A DNA stretch of 64,000 nucleotides from an uncultured Nitrospinota bacterium (lineage in GTDB: Bacteria; Tectomicrobia; Entotheonellia; J063; CAVPRW01): NCBI GenBank assembly GCA_963707985.1, contig CAVPRW010000005.1, positions 96,001 through 160,000 on the forward strand, in the 5' to 3' direction. Below, one piece after another: positions 30,379 to 41,243 of the stretch (positions within the stretch are counted from its first letter, which is position 1; each line of letters opens with the position of its first letter). The notes under the pieces are model-generated. The model made no database searches, had not been told where the DNA came from, and was given only the letters and a program-made list of their open reading frames with translations. The translations under genes were made by a program, and so were the position numbers.

Positions 30379-31685
30379 TTAGGCCGACGTCGGCTGTGCA
30401 AACATCAGCATCTCTTCCGCTACTCCGTGGCCATTCACCGGGACGATCTTGCCATCTTTCACAATTGCCGCCAGGTGCTGGCCGCCCTGCAACACCCGGA
30501 TATCAGCCAGGGGATCGCTCTTGAGAATGATGACATCCGCCAGCTTGCCCGGCTGTAGCGTTCCCAGATCGTCTTCTAGCCCCATGGCGAAAGCGGTGTT
30601 CTTGGTGCTGGCGACGATCGCTTCCATCGGCGTGTAGCCCCCATAGCGCACCAGGATCTCGGCCTCGTGGGCATGCAGTTGTCCGTAGGGCATCAGGGGC
30701 GAATTGCCGCTATCAGTGCCGCACATGACGGTAATTCCCAGCGCCCGGGCGCGTTCCAGCATGTGTACGGCGCTCTCCCAGTGACGCTTGAGCCGGTCCA
30801 TCTCACGAGGTCCCCGTCCGAACTCATCGCCGACTTCCGCCCCACGTTGCAAGAAGGTCATGGTCGGCATCAGTCGTACCCCAGCCTCAGCCACGACCTC
30901 CAGGTCGGTGTCGGTGGCCAGGTCAGCGTGCAGAATCCAATCCATTCCCGCCTCTGCGGCGGCACGGGTCGAGCCTGCCCCACGCGAGTGAATGGTGACG
31001 CGTGCGCCACGTCGATGCGCCTCCTGCACCACGGCCGACAATTCTTCGGGAGCGATCAACTGCGTATCACCCCAGGTGCTATCCGCCAGCTTGATAAAAT
31101 CGACACCATGCTTACACTGCCGCCGTACCTCGGTGATCATCGCCATGACATCATTGGCCAGCACGCCGATGGTATGCTCTGCTGTGCCCACCCATGATGG
31201 CTCGTTGTCCGTGATGCCGCCATAGGTGACGATAAAGCACCCGGCACAGGCGATGCGTGGCCCCTCGATGAGCCCCGCGGCGATCGCGTCGCGGATGGCT
31301 ACGTCGTTGAACCAGGTACCACCAGGCACAGCAACGCTGGTGACACCGCTGCGCAACACCTGCTGGGCATTGCGCGCTGCCCGCAAGGCGCTGAATCCGG
31401 GACTGGTAGTCCCGCGCGTGCTCGGTCCTCCCGAGATTTGGGGGAAGCCGAAGGACAGGTGGCAATGGCCATCGATGAGGCCGGGCATGATCCACTGCCC
31501 CGTGGCATCGATGCTCTCCATGTTGTCCCGATCACCATGGCAGCAGGTCCTCTGGCAGGGGCCCGATGTGCGTAATGCGGTTGCCCTCGATGACCATGGC
31601 CTGATTGACGGGAGGGAGGATTCCCCGCGCCGTCTATCAGGGTGCCATTCTGGATGACGAGAGTCTGTTTCCCCTGAATACCCAT
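30379..31685 (-). CDS. Amidohydrolase family protein (two +1 frameshifts near 31540 and 31610)
   Basis: IQNGTLIDG N-terminus in another frame; MPGLIDGHCH, GTDSG, GTLQPGKLADVI. Confidence 0.85.
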
Positions 31686-32010
31686 ATCGATCTCCTCTTC
31701 AAGCATGTGGCCGGGCGACACGAGGTGTACTGGCCGGGGTGACTTGGATAGGATCGCACGGACACACCCGGGATGGAGCGACTGGCTGTTCATCGGTGGC
31801 AGTACGGCAGGCCATGATGAACGCTCGTTGATGCGAGTGTACGTGGCTTTGTGGGCGATGTCAACGCTCGTGGGTCCGTGGCGGAGATCTTCACATGATG
31901 GCTCCTGGCTCGCCTTGGGAACGCGGCAAAGCGCTGGCAGACTACACCATCCCCATTCCTGGCCCATTCTATGCCGTTGCACATCGCGCAGTCGTCCCCC
32001 TCTAGGGATA

Positions 32011-32930
32011 ATGACATCTGTTGCTATCTATGACATCATCATCGTCGGCAGCGGCATGTCAGGGTTCGCAGCCGCCTTTGACTTGCAGCACCAGCGGCCT
32101 GGCACACGTGTGCTCATACTTGACGGCAACCCGGTTTTTGGTGGGAATGCGGGCGCGATGATGCCGCTCCTCTCCCTGTCACGGCTGCTACCGGTGGCGC
32201 CTATGCCGTCAATCCCTATGCCGATTTTCTCGAAGAAATCTATGGCGTGACTGGTAGTGATTGGGCTGCCAATGATGTGCCGGCTCCGTTTTACTCCTAT
32301 TTTTTTGATCATGAGACGCCCTATGCGCTGCCCGGCGCTCATAGTTGGACACTCGATGTGTATGGCGATGGACTAAGCAATATGCCGTATCCACAGCATA
32401 TTCTTCGAGATCCTCGTCGTGCTAGAGACAATTTTCTCCAGTGGTACGACCGTACCGGCAGCCCCACCGATCCGGCTGACGAGAGCGATCCAAGGTTCGA
32501 CTACTTGGCCCAGATGACACTCCATGAGTACTTAACCCAACAGGAACATTTTCATCCTGCCGTGTCGGACTTCTACAGCAGATTTGCGGTTGATGCACTG
32601 GCGGCCACCAGCCAGCAGGTGAATGCCTATACCGCCATCGCCTTTCTTGGCGCTGAATATCATCCCATTTTTACGTTTCCCGGCGGTACATCCGGCATTG
32701 CCCGCCATCTCCTGCATTGGCTCATCCCTGCGGCCATTGATGGCTCGACCACGGCACAGCTGATGGCCAACCCCATTCGCATAGACCAGCTCGACAGGCC
32801 GGATCATCATGTGCGTGTGCGTCAGGGTGCCATGGTGCTGCGCACCGATACGAGCCCGCAGATGGCCTCTGTCGACTACTTTCGCGATGGTCATTTCTAC
32901 CGCGCTGCCGCCAAGGCAGTTAGTAACGTG
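32011..32930 (+). pseudogene. FAD-dependent oxidoreductase fragment (spermidine dehydrogenase-like), frameshifted and 3'-truncated
   Basis: YDIIIVGSGMSG..ILDGNPVFGGNA; TFPGGTSGIAR; family resemblance ends after YRAAAKAV. Confidence 0.65.
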
Positions 32931-33069
32931 TCCTCTCGGAGAGAGTCCTCTACCCGTGGTCAAGTACGATGCCGGCTCAATGTTTGCCAGGTAGGGGATT
33001 TCCGGTGTAGGATGCGACCTGGGATACGAACGGGCCTGAGGTGTCAAGCGCGATCTACGAAGGAGGACA

Positions 33070-34230
33070 ATGGTGACCCATTATGATGCCATCGTGCTTG
33101 GAGTTGGAGGCATGGGGAGCTCGGCGCTGTACCATCTGGCCCGGCGGGGCCTGCGTGTTCTCGGCATCGAACGCTATAACATCCCGCATGAAATGGGGTC
33201 CTCGCACGGCTTGACCCGGATTATCCGCCTCGCTTACTACGAACACCCCTCCTATGTGCCGCTGCTCAGACGGGCGTACGAGCTCTGGCGACAGTTGGAG
33301 CATACGGTGCAAGAGCGCCTGCTCATCATCACCGGCTCCATTGATGCTTCACCCGAGGATGGGGAGGTCTTTACAGGCTCCAAAGCCTCCTGCGACATCC
33401 ACCATCTCCCCCATGAAGTCCTCGATCATCGCGAGCTCAAAGCACGTTTTCCGGGCTATGGTTTGCCCCCAGACATCATGGCATTGTATCAACCCGAGGG
33501 CGGTTTTTTGCTCTCAGAGCGCTGTATCGTCGCACATGTCATGGCGGCACAGGAATTGGGAGCAGAAGTGCATGGTCAGGAGCACGTCACAGGGTGGGAA
33601 GCAAAGGGGCAGGGCATAGAGGTATACACCGACCGCGGGCACTACGGCTCGGACAAATTGGTCATCTGCGCCGGCTCCTGGGGCGCAAAGCTCGTTCCTG
33701 AACTGGACACCCTGGCGGTACCCGAACGCCAGGTATTGGGTTGGTTTCAGCCGATGCAGCCCGTTCTGTTCCGTGTGCCTGCCTTCCCGGTCTTCAACAT
33801 GGCGGTGGAGGAAGGCCGCTATTATGGGTTTCCAATCTACGGCATCCCCGGCTTCAAGGTGGGACGCTACCATCATCTGGAGCAGCGTGTGGACCCCGAC
33901 CAGATGGATCGTGACACACACCGTGAGGACGAGGACGTGTTACGCCACTTCACGGCACGGTATTTCCCGGATGCCGCGGGGCCAACGATGTCGCTCAAAA
34001 CCTGCCTCTTCACCAACACTCCAGACGAGCATTTCATCCTCGACCTGCATCCAACGTTTCCACAGGTCTGTATCGCCGCCGGGTTCTCCGGGCATGGGTT
34101 CAAGTTCTGCAGTGTCGTGGGGGAAATCATGGCCGACCTGGCGCAGACTGGCCGCAGTCCGCATCATCTGGATCTCTTTCGCCTGCGGCGCTTTCAGGAG
34201 GCATCGCCTGCCCCGAATGAGCGCAGGTGA
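33070..34230 (+). CDS. solA: N-methyl-L-tryptophan oxidase / monomeric sarcosine oxidase
   Basis: GVGGMGS, GSSHGLTRIIRLAY, CLFTNTPD, GFSGHGFKF. Confidence 0.9.
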   Translation: MVTHYDAIVLGVGGMGSSALYHLARRGLRVLGIERYNIPHEMGSSHGLTRIIRLAYYEHPSYVPLLRRAYELWRQLEHTVQERLLIITGSIDASPEDGEVFTGSKASCDIHHLPHEVLDHRELKARFPGYGLPPDIMALYQPEGGFLLSERCIVAHVMAAQELGAEVHGQEHVTGWEAKGQGIEVYTDRGHYGSDKLVICAGSWGAKLVPELDTLAVPERQVLGWFQPMQPVLFRVPAFPVFNMAVEEGRYYGFPIYGIPGFKVGRYHHLEQRVDPDQMDRDTHREDEDVLRHFTARYFPDAAGPTMSLKTCLFTNTPDEHFILDLHPTFPQVCIAAGFSGHGFKFCSVVGEIMADLAQTGRSPHHLDLFRLRRFQEASPAPNERR

Positions 34231-34350
34231 CAGAACATATTGTCACGGCCCACCTCCTGGAGTAGAGTAGGCCCATTCTCATTTCCCCTTCATTGGACAC
34301 GCGTTCGCCCTCGAAGCATGGAGAACGGGTCACACAGGAGGACTGGACTG

Positions 34351-34677
34351 ATGGCCTTGAACGTCAAGTATCTGTATGTGGTGATGATGGATGTCGAACC
34401 CGACAAAGAGGATCTGTTCAACAAGACTTATGACGAGGAGCACATCCCTATCCTGACAAAAGTCCCTGGAGTCATTAGCGCTGCACGCTACAAGACCTCG
34501 GATGAGGGAGTAGCCCGCTATTTAGCGATCTATGAGCTTGAGAGTCCTGATGTGCCGCATAGCGAGGCATTTCAGAAGGCATCGGACAGCGGAGAGTGGC
34601 CTACCAAGGTGCGGCCATTTTGCAAAAACCGTTCACGAATCGTCTATACGCAGATCTTACCGCCACCAGAGAAGTAG
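34351..34677 (+). CDS. Small dimeric alpha/beta-barrel (EthD/DUF4286-like) protein
   Basis: FNKTYDEEHIP..VPGVISAARY..YLAIYELES. Confidence 0.75.
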   Translation: MALNVKYLYVVMMDVEPDKEDLFNKTYDEEHIPILTKVPGVISAARYKTSDEGVARYLAIYELESPDVPHSEAFQKASDSGEWPTKVRPFCKNRSRIVYTQILPPPEK

Positions 34678-34717
34678 CAGATCCCTCTTGGCGGTCGGAA
34701 CGGCTGTGAAGCGATTG

Positions 34718-35357
34718 CTAACGTTCAAAGGTGACCTGGCTCCTGTTGGTGATCGACGGTCACTTTGAAGTGCCGCAGGAATGTCATGCCGAGGAGCCCC
34801 ATAGGCATGTGACCATCGATGTCGATGGCGACCTCGACGTCGCGTGCTTCGGCTGTACCGACGCGTAGCGACTGCAGCGTGGCAATTGGGAGCCTGACCA
34901 CCCCCCCGGCAGTGGTGAATTCTTGCGTTGGTAAGTGATTCAGTGAAGTCAGCCGGAGGTCGCTAGCCACTTGTTTCGTCAGGACTGTGAAATCAGCTCC
35001 GGTATCGAGCAGCATCGGTGCGGTCAGGCGCCGATTGAGCAGCACGTCGATGACGACCGTCCCGCCGGGTTTGGTGGGGGTCATCTTGACCCTTCCAGGC
35101 GCAGATATGGGTGGGTCACCTGGCGCCGGAACCTGGCCTGGCACGCTTGGTTGATAGACCTTGAACTCTTGCAGGGTCCCCTTGGACTTTGGTGGTGTGT
35201 CGGTGAGATGGACACGCCCCTGTTCATCGACCCAGCGGTACATCTCGCCGGAGATCGCCGGGGGAGTGATCGAGACGTATCCAACCAGGAGTGCCCCCAG
35301 AGAACTCCAGATGACTAATCTTGTGAACGAATGAAGTTTGGTATGTATCATTGGCAT
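34718..35357 (-). CDS. DUF4124 plus retropepsin-like aspartic protease (3' frameshift)
   Basis: YRWVDEQGRVHLTDTPP; LLDTGA; GLLGMTFL. Confidence 0.85.
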
Positions 35358-35555
35358 GTTCCTATTGTCACTCTTACACGTAGATCGGCTGGGTACCGCA
35401 GCGCAAACAGTTAGATGAAAGACCACGGAGCCTCATTGTGGTTGCCCTGACACCCATAACCGATCGGCTTCTTCGAGCACAATGTGAGGGAGATGGGCAG
35501 GGAGAGGGCCATTGGGCAATGAAGGTATGGGGTGCAGGCGTAGGATGAAGCATCG

Positions 35556-36161
35556 ATGACGACGAGAGACAACCACCGACACGTACGTTATCGCTTTCTC
35601 CTGAGCCCGTTTATATGCTACGTGCTGTTGGCCGCTGGCCTCTGCTTCTGGGCTTGGCATGCAGCAGAGCTTCCTGAGGTCGCGAAGCCGGCATTGATGG
35701 CTGGGGGCCTGCTCGCCTGGACGCTCATCGAGTATCTCCTGCATCGCTTTCTGCTGCACTATCGCCCTCAAGCACCCGCGCTCCTGTCGGTCGTCGAAAA
35801 GTTGCACCTGGGACACCATAGAGATCCACAGGACGAAGTCAAAATCACGGTGCCCATATCTGGCAGCCTGCCGATCGCTGGCGGGTTGCTGGTGTTGTTT
35901 CGACTCACGGCTGGTAGCTGGGAAGTGGCGGCGCTGCTCATGACGGGGAGCGTTGCGGGCTATCTGTATTACGAAGCGGTGCATTTCTGGATTCACTGTG
36001 GTAGCCGTGGCGGGCGCTGGCTGGGACAGCGGCGCACTAATCACTTTTTTCACCACTTCAAGGACCAGACGCGCTGTTTTGGTGTCAGTACGCCGTTATG
36101 GGACCTAGGTACTGGGAACATACCGGGTGAAGTCGTGGCCGTAGACGTCATAGGTATATAA
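35556..36161 (+). CDS. Fatty acid hydroxylase / sterol desaturase family protein
   Basis: EYLLHRFLLH, HLGHH, HFWIH, HFFHHF, FGVSTPLWD. Confidence 0.88.
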   Translation: MTTRDNHRHVRYRFLLSPFICYVLLAAGLCFWAWHAAELPEVAKPALMAGGLLAWTLIEYLLHRFLLHYRPQAPALLSVVEKLHLGHHRDPQDEVKITVPISGSLPIAGGLLVLFRLTAGSWEVAALLMTGSVAGYLYYEAVHFWIHCGSRGGRWLGQRRTNHFFHHFKDQTRCFGVSTPLWDLGTGNIPGEVVAVDVIGI

Positions 36162-36219
36162 AGCTTCTGTCGAATGCTGCATAGTATGGTCAGAGAGATC
36201 AGTATAGGGAAGGGATGGC

Positions 36220-37419
36220 ATGATGAGTGACGGACGGCTTCCATTGCAAGGCATTCGGGTGTTGGAGTTGGCACAGATCCTCGCTGGTCCGTTCTGTGGC
36301 GCCCTGATGGCCGAGTTCGGGGCTGAGGTCATCAAGGTCGAGATGCCCGGACGCGGCGACGATATCCGCCGCATGGGGCCGGCAGAGCAGAATGTAGGCT
36401 ACTGGTGGGCGGTGGATAACCGCAATAAGAAGGTGATGACGTTGGATCTGCATCACCCGAAAGGCCAGGAGATCGTCCGTCGGCTCGTGCCCCTCGTCGA
36501 TGTGGTCACGGAGAACTTTCGGCCCGGGACCCTGGAGCGCTGGCACGTGGGCTGGGAGGATCTGAGTCGCATTAACCCACGCCTGGTGATGGCACGCATC
36601 ACCACCTTCGGACAAACGGGACCCTGGCGCAATGGCCCAGGCTTTGCGGCCATCGGGTCTGCCTTTGGCGGCACCTGGTACATCAACGGCCCGGCTGATC
36701 GGCCCCCCTCCCGGCCGACCCCAGTCTACCCCGACTACATGACCGGTTTGTTCACCGCCTTCGGAGTCTTGGTGGCACTGCGCCATCGCGACGCCACGGG
36801 CGAGGGGCAATGGATCGACGCCGCCCTGTACGAATCGACCTTTCGCACCCTGGAGTATACCGCAGCCTGGTATGGGCGGCAGGGTGTGGTGCGGGAGCGC
36901 GGTGGATTGCAACAAATCGGCTGGCCCGGGGGCGCCTGTCAGACGAAGGATGGCCGCTGGGTGGCCTACACGGCACCGGCGCAGCACCTCTTCGAACGCG
37001 TCTGCAAAATGCTCGGACAGCCGGACCTACCCCGGGACGAACGCTATGCCACGCCCGAGGCCCGAGGGCAACACATGCGCGTTTTTGCGCAAGAGGTCGA
37101 GTGCTGGTTTGCGTTGCATACCTATGAGGAGGCATCCAAAGCCTTGGAGGAGCATCAGGTGCCATACTCGCCCATCATGAGCATGGCCGACATCTTCGTC
37201 GAGCCGCACTACCGGGAGCGCGACATGATCATCGACGTCCCCGAGTCGACCCTCGGCACGCTGCCACAACCCGGCGTCGTGCCCAAGCTGTCTCGCACCC
37301 CTGGCCGCGTCACGCATGCCGGTCCACCGCTGGGCCAGGATACTGAGGAAATTCTCTCGGAGCTGCTGCACATGCCACCAGCGGAGATTGCCGAATTGCG
37401 AAAAGAGAGGGTGATTTAA
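36220..37419 (+). CDS. CaiB/BaiF CoA-transferase
   Basis: LAGPFCG..EFGAEVIKVE; NRNKK; ENFRPG. Confidence 0.93.
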   Translation: MMSDGRLPLQGIRVLELAQILAGPFCGALMAEFGAEVIKVEMPGRGDDIRRMGPAEQNVGYWWAVDNRNKKVMTLDLHHPKGQEIVRRLVPLVDVVTENFRPGTLERWHVGWEDLSRINPRLVMARITTFGQTGPWRNGPGFAAIGSAFGGTWYINGPADRPPSRPTPVYPDYMTGLFTAFGVLVALRHRDATGEGQWIDAALYESTFRTLEYTAAWYGRQGVVRERGGLQQIGWPGGACQTKDGRWVAYTAPAQHLFERVCKMLGQPDLPRDERYATPEARGQHMRVFAQEVECWFALHTYEEASKALEEHQVPYSPIMSMADIFVEPHYRERDMIIDVPESTLGTLPQPGVVPKLSRTPGRVTHAGPPLGQDTEEILSELLHMPPAEIAELRKERVI

Positions 37420-37549
37420 CAGAGGTGGAACATGTAGGAGTTTTCTGGAAAAACCCACACCCCATCACTGCTAGGATAGACTTTGCCCACAGTATTTCTT
37501 GGACTTCAGACCGCTCCCTATGTCATTGAAGCGCTCATCCAGCAGGCTA

Positions 37550-38771
37550 TAGACTTTAAGAGAAAGATTTTCTGAAGAGGGGTTGACGGGCCGCCACACA
37601 TCGGGACAATACCTACCAAAGAAACATCACTCCCATGTTGTCTTTGGAGGAATGCCCGATGTGCAGTGTCCGTTTTACCCTCACCACGTACTCCCGCAAA
37701 GCCGTGGCACGCCAGCTGAAGACGGCCCAGCAACAGGGCCGCTTACGCCAGGTCAAGTCTTGCCTCGCCCTCCTCGCCGTTGGGGACGGCCGGAGTTTGG
37801 CAGAGGTCGCTGAGGTCTTGCGCGTGCATGAGAAGACCGTCGCCACCTGGGTACAGGGGTTCTGTTGCGAGGGGATTCACGGCGCCCCGCGCCAGCAGCC
37901 CACAGGCCGCCCGCCCAAACTGACCCCGACGCCAAAAGCCGCCCTCGCCACCCTCATGGATGAGGGGCCGCTGCAGGCTGGGTTTAGCAGCGCCTGCTGG
38001 CGCTCGCCCCTGATCCAACAGCTGATTTATGACCGCTTCGGCGTCTTCTACAACATCTTCTCCATCGCCCAATGACTCAAGAACCTCGGCTTTCGCTACC
38101 AGAAAGCGGCGTTTGTCTCCGCTCATCTGAACGAAGCGCAGCGCCACGCGTGGTGTACTACCACCTGGCCCCAGATACTGGGATTGGCAACAGCGCAACA
38201 CGCCTTGCTGCTGTTTGGCGATGAGGCCTCCTTCCCGCCATGGGGGACGCTCTCGTACACCTGGGCCCGACGGGGCCACCAGCCGCTGGTCAAGACGTCC
38301 GGCAAACGCACAGGCGACAAAGTGTTCGGCGTGATCGAGTACTTCACCGGACAGCTCTGGTATCAAGGCCAGGAAGGACGGCTCAACTCTGAGGCGTACA
38401 TCACCTTTCTCACACACGTGTTGGAACAGACCATGCCACCCATCATCCTGATTCAGGATGGGGCCCGGTATCACACGTCGGCTGCCATGCAGCGCTTCTT
38501 CGCCCTGCATGCCGAGCGCTTGATGGTCTTCCAGTTGCCGAGCGACTCACCGGATGACCATCCGCTTGAGAAGCTCTGGAAGAACGTGAAAACAGAAGGC
38601 ACGCATCTGCACTACTTCCCCACCTTCGAAGCGCTCACGGACACAGTCGAGCACGCGCTGCTGAAGTTTGCCAATACGCCGGCAGAGATTCTCTCGCTGT
38701 GCAGTCTACCGACAGAAATGACCATGGCGGCTTAAGCGCCCCTGGCCAGAAAATCTTTTTCTTGAAAGCTA
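37550..38771 (+). mobile_element. IS630-family insertion sequence with TIRs and TA target duplication
   Basis: Left TAGACTTTAAGAGAAAGATTTTCTG vs right (rc) TAGCTTTCAAGAAAAAGATTTTCTG; TA at 37548-37549 and 38772-38773. Confidence 0.9.
37659..38735 (+). pseudogene. IS630 transposase, in-frame TGA at 38073-38075 and many missense changes
   Basis: GRPPKL, FGDEASF, IQDGARYH, LPSDSPDDHPLEKLW; both ORF halves in the same frame. Confidence 0.9.
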
Positions 38772-38774
38772 TAT

Positions 38775-39802
38775 ATGGAACTATCTATGAACCTCAGTAC
38801 CCTGCAACGGCGAGTGACCAGCGGTGAAGGGCCAACGCTTGAGTTCAAGCGTTCGACGGGAGAGCTGCGTGAAGCGTTGCAGACTGTATGTGCATTCCTG
38901 AATGGCGACGGCGGAACTGTGATCTTGGGGGTGAGGTCAGATGGAAGATTAATTGGGCAAGAGGTGTCAGATCAGACCTTGCGCGACCTTGCCCAGGCCT
39001 TCAGTGGCTTTGAGCCGCCCGCTCACATCGCCATCGAGCGTATTCAGTTGGGTGCGGGTCGTGAGGTGCTCACACTCCATGTTGACAAACTGCCCGACAC
39101 GATTCCTTTCACCTTCGAGGGACGTGCATACGAGCCTATCCAAAGCTCAACTAGGCGAATGTCACAGAGGCAATATGAGCAACTCCTATTGGTGCGTGCT
39201 CACAGCAGGCATCGTTGGGAAAATCGAGAGGCAGAGGGGACCACCCTTCGGGATCTCAATCGAGAGGGGGTCTTCCGGGCGATAGACTCGGCGCGAGCTG
39301 CGGGAAGACTGGTCGAGCCGGTAGGGAGAGACCTTTTCTGGAAGAGGCGCTGCTCTTTTGTCAGCGCCATCTGCCACTGCCAGGCCGAATAGAACCCGGC
39401 AGCCTTGAACGTGTGGACCGGCCACTGATTCCCCCTGATGCGCTACGGGAGATCTTAGTCAATGCCTTAATCCACAGAGATTACACCATTGCAGGTGGTA
39501 CGGTGGCACTGGCAATCTTCGATGACCGTGTCGAGGTCTGGAGCGCTGGACGGCTCTCCTCAGGGATTACCCTCGATGATCTGTCGCGGGAACACGATTC
39601 AATTCAACGTAATCCGCTCATTGCGGACGTGTTTTATCGTGCAGGACTCATCGAAAAGTGGGAACGCGGCACCAATCGTGTGATTGTCCAATGTGCACAG
39701 GCTGGTATTGCGTCCCCGGAATTCCGGGAGCTCGCCGGTTCCACAGTAGTAACGTTCCGTGTGCAAGTGGGGTTTATCCCCTAAGTCACTCCCCAAGTCA
39801 CT
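38775..39802 (+). pseudogene. AlbA_2/Schlafen plus RecG-C-terminal (HATPase_c_4) protein, internally deleted and truncated
   Basis: EGPTLEFKRS..AFLNGDGG; frameshift near 39335; LREILVNALIHRDY, RNPLIADVF; ends P*VTPQVT. Confidence 0.8.
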
Positions 39803-40778
39803 ATATCTGAATCCCTGCCGCCTTCAAGCGGCTCGTGAAGTCGAGGCTGGTAAACTGCGCCCCCTGATCACGGTTGAACATCTCGGGCTGGGCTTCCTCC
39901 AAAGCCCGCTCCGAGGCCTCCACGCCAAACCCGACCTCCAGTGTGATGGACACCGCCCACGACCCCACGTACCGGCTGAACCAATCGAGCACGGCCACCA
40001 CATAGATGAATCCCGAACGCAGCCGGATAGATGTGATGTCTGTACTCCAGACGTGAGTCACCCGCGTGATCGACAGCCCGCGCAGCACATACGGAGATAC
40101 CCGCTGCCCGGGGGCACGCGGGCTGGTGCACGGCTTAGGATAGATGGCCTCGAGACTCATCACCCGCATCAGTCGCGCGACGCGCTTGGGATGCACCGCC
40201 TGTTCCTGGGTCTTGAACCAGGCCGTCATGCGACGTACGCCGTAAAAGGGCGTCCGCGTGTACTGCTCATCCCACAAGCGCATCAGTTGCCGGTTCTCCT
40301 CGCTCCCGCCGGTTGGCTGATCGTACCAACTGGCTCGTGGCAGCCCCACGAGCTGACACTGCCGGGCTATGCTGATCCGGGGCTGCGCCGGCTCGATCAG
40401 GCCGCGCTTGGCCTCAGTGGGCCACTCCAACTGTTTTTTTGAGCCAGGCCAGCTCGACCTGGAGTTGGCCGATTGGCTGGTACAGCTGCGCCTTCCAGGC
40501 TTCCTCGGCCTGCGCCCGCTTCCCAGGCCGCGCAGCGAAGAGACGGGGGCCTTCGATTTGCCAAGGCTTCTTCCACAGCGCGATCGGGGTCGGATGCACC
40601 CCATATTCGCCCGCAAGCTCGTTGATGGTCTTTTCCTCTGTGAGCGCTTCAAACGCCATCCTGGCCTTGAATTCTGCACTGTATCGCTTCCGCTGCGTCG
40701 TCATCTCCTCCTCCTCTCACCCTCCTCGACACAACCATTCTATCTTAACCACCTGTCTAGTTTTCGGGGTACACTATA
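39801..40778 (-). mobile_element. Truncated IS3-family element (orfA 40414-40704, partial orfB, left IR only)
   Basis: RKRYSAEFKA; A7 slippery tract at orfA/orfB junction; WSTDIT, DWFSRY, DQGAQFTS; IR-like TATAGTGTACCCCGAAAACTAGACA; orfB cut at GIQI. Confidence 0.88.
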
Positions 40779-41243
40779 CGATGTACCTCTTGGTCAAATT
40801 GAGCAGGCCAAGACGACCATCGATGCTGTGCCGAAACAGCATCCTTTCGAAATCAAATACCTTGAAATGCAGAAAGTTCCGTGGGAGTCGTGCGCATTAG
40901 TTTTAGACTCTGCAGAGCGGAAAGAACATTTATTACAGGGCTTAGCTGATACGGTATAGCATCTCTAAAAGACCACATGTCTTCATAAGCATGCAACTTC
41001 GACGCTAACACCCCACCAAGGCAATATACCTTAGCATTGCCACTCTAGACCCTACGGCCAGCCTTTCTCCCTCGACGAGTTTCTCAGGATCATTGATCCT
41101 CAAAAAAGGTGGTTCGACTAACTTAATGCCATTCGGGTTATATCGCGCTTCAGGCAGGGCTGATGATGCTCCCTGGAGCAGCGGCCATGGGGATCGCTGG
41201 TGCTGGTGGGGCGGGTTGCCAAGCGGTAGCGCCCCAGTGCTGA

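Noticed and set aside
38073..38075. In-frame TGA in transposase as selenocysteine or programmed readthrough
   Set aside because: Position corresponds to Leu (TTA) and fits the T>G pattern; catalytic-region motifs are also damaged.
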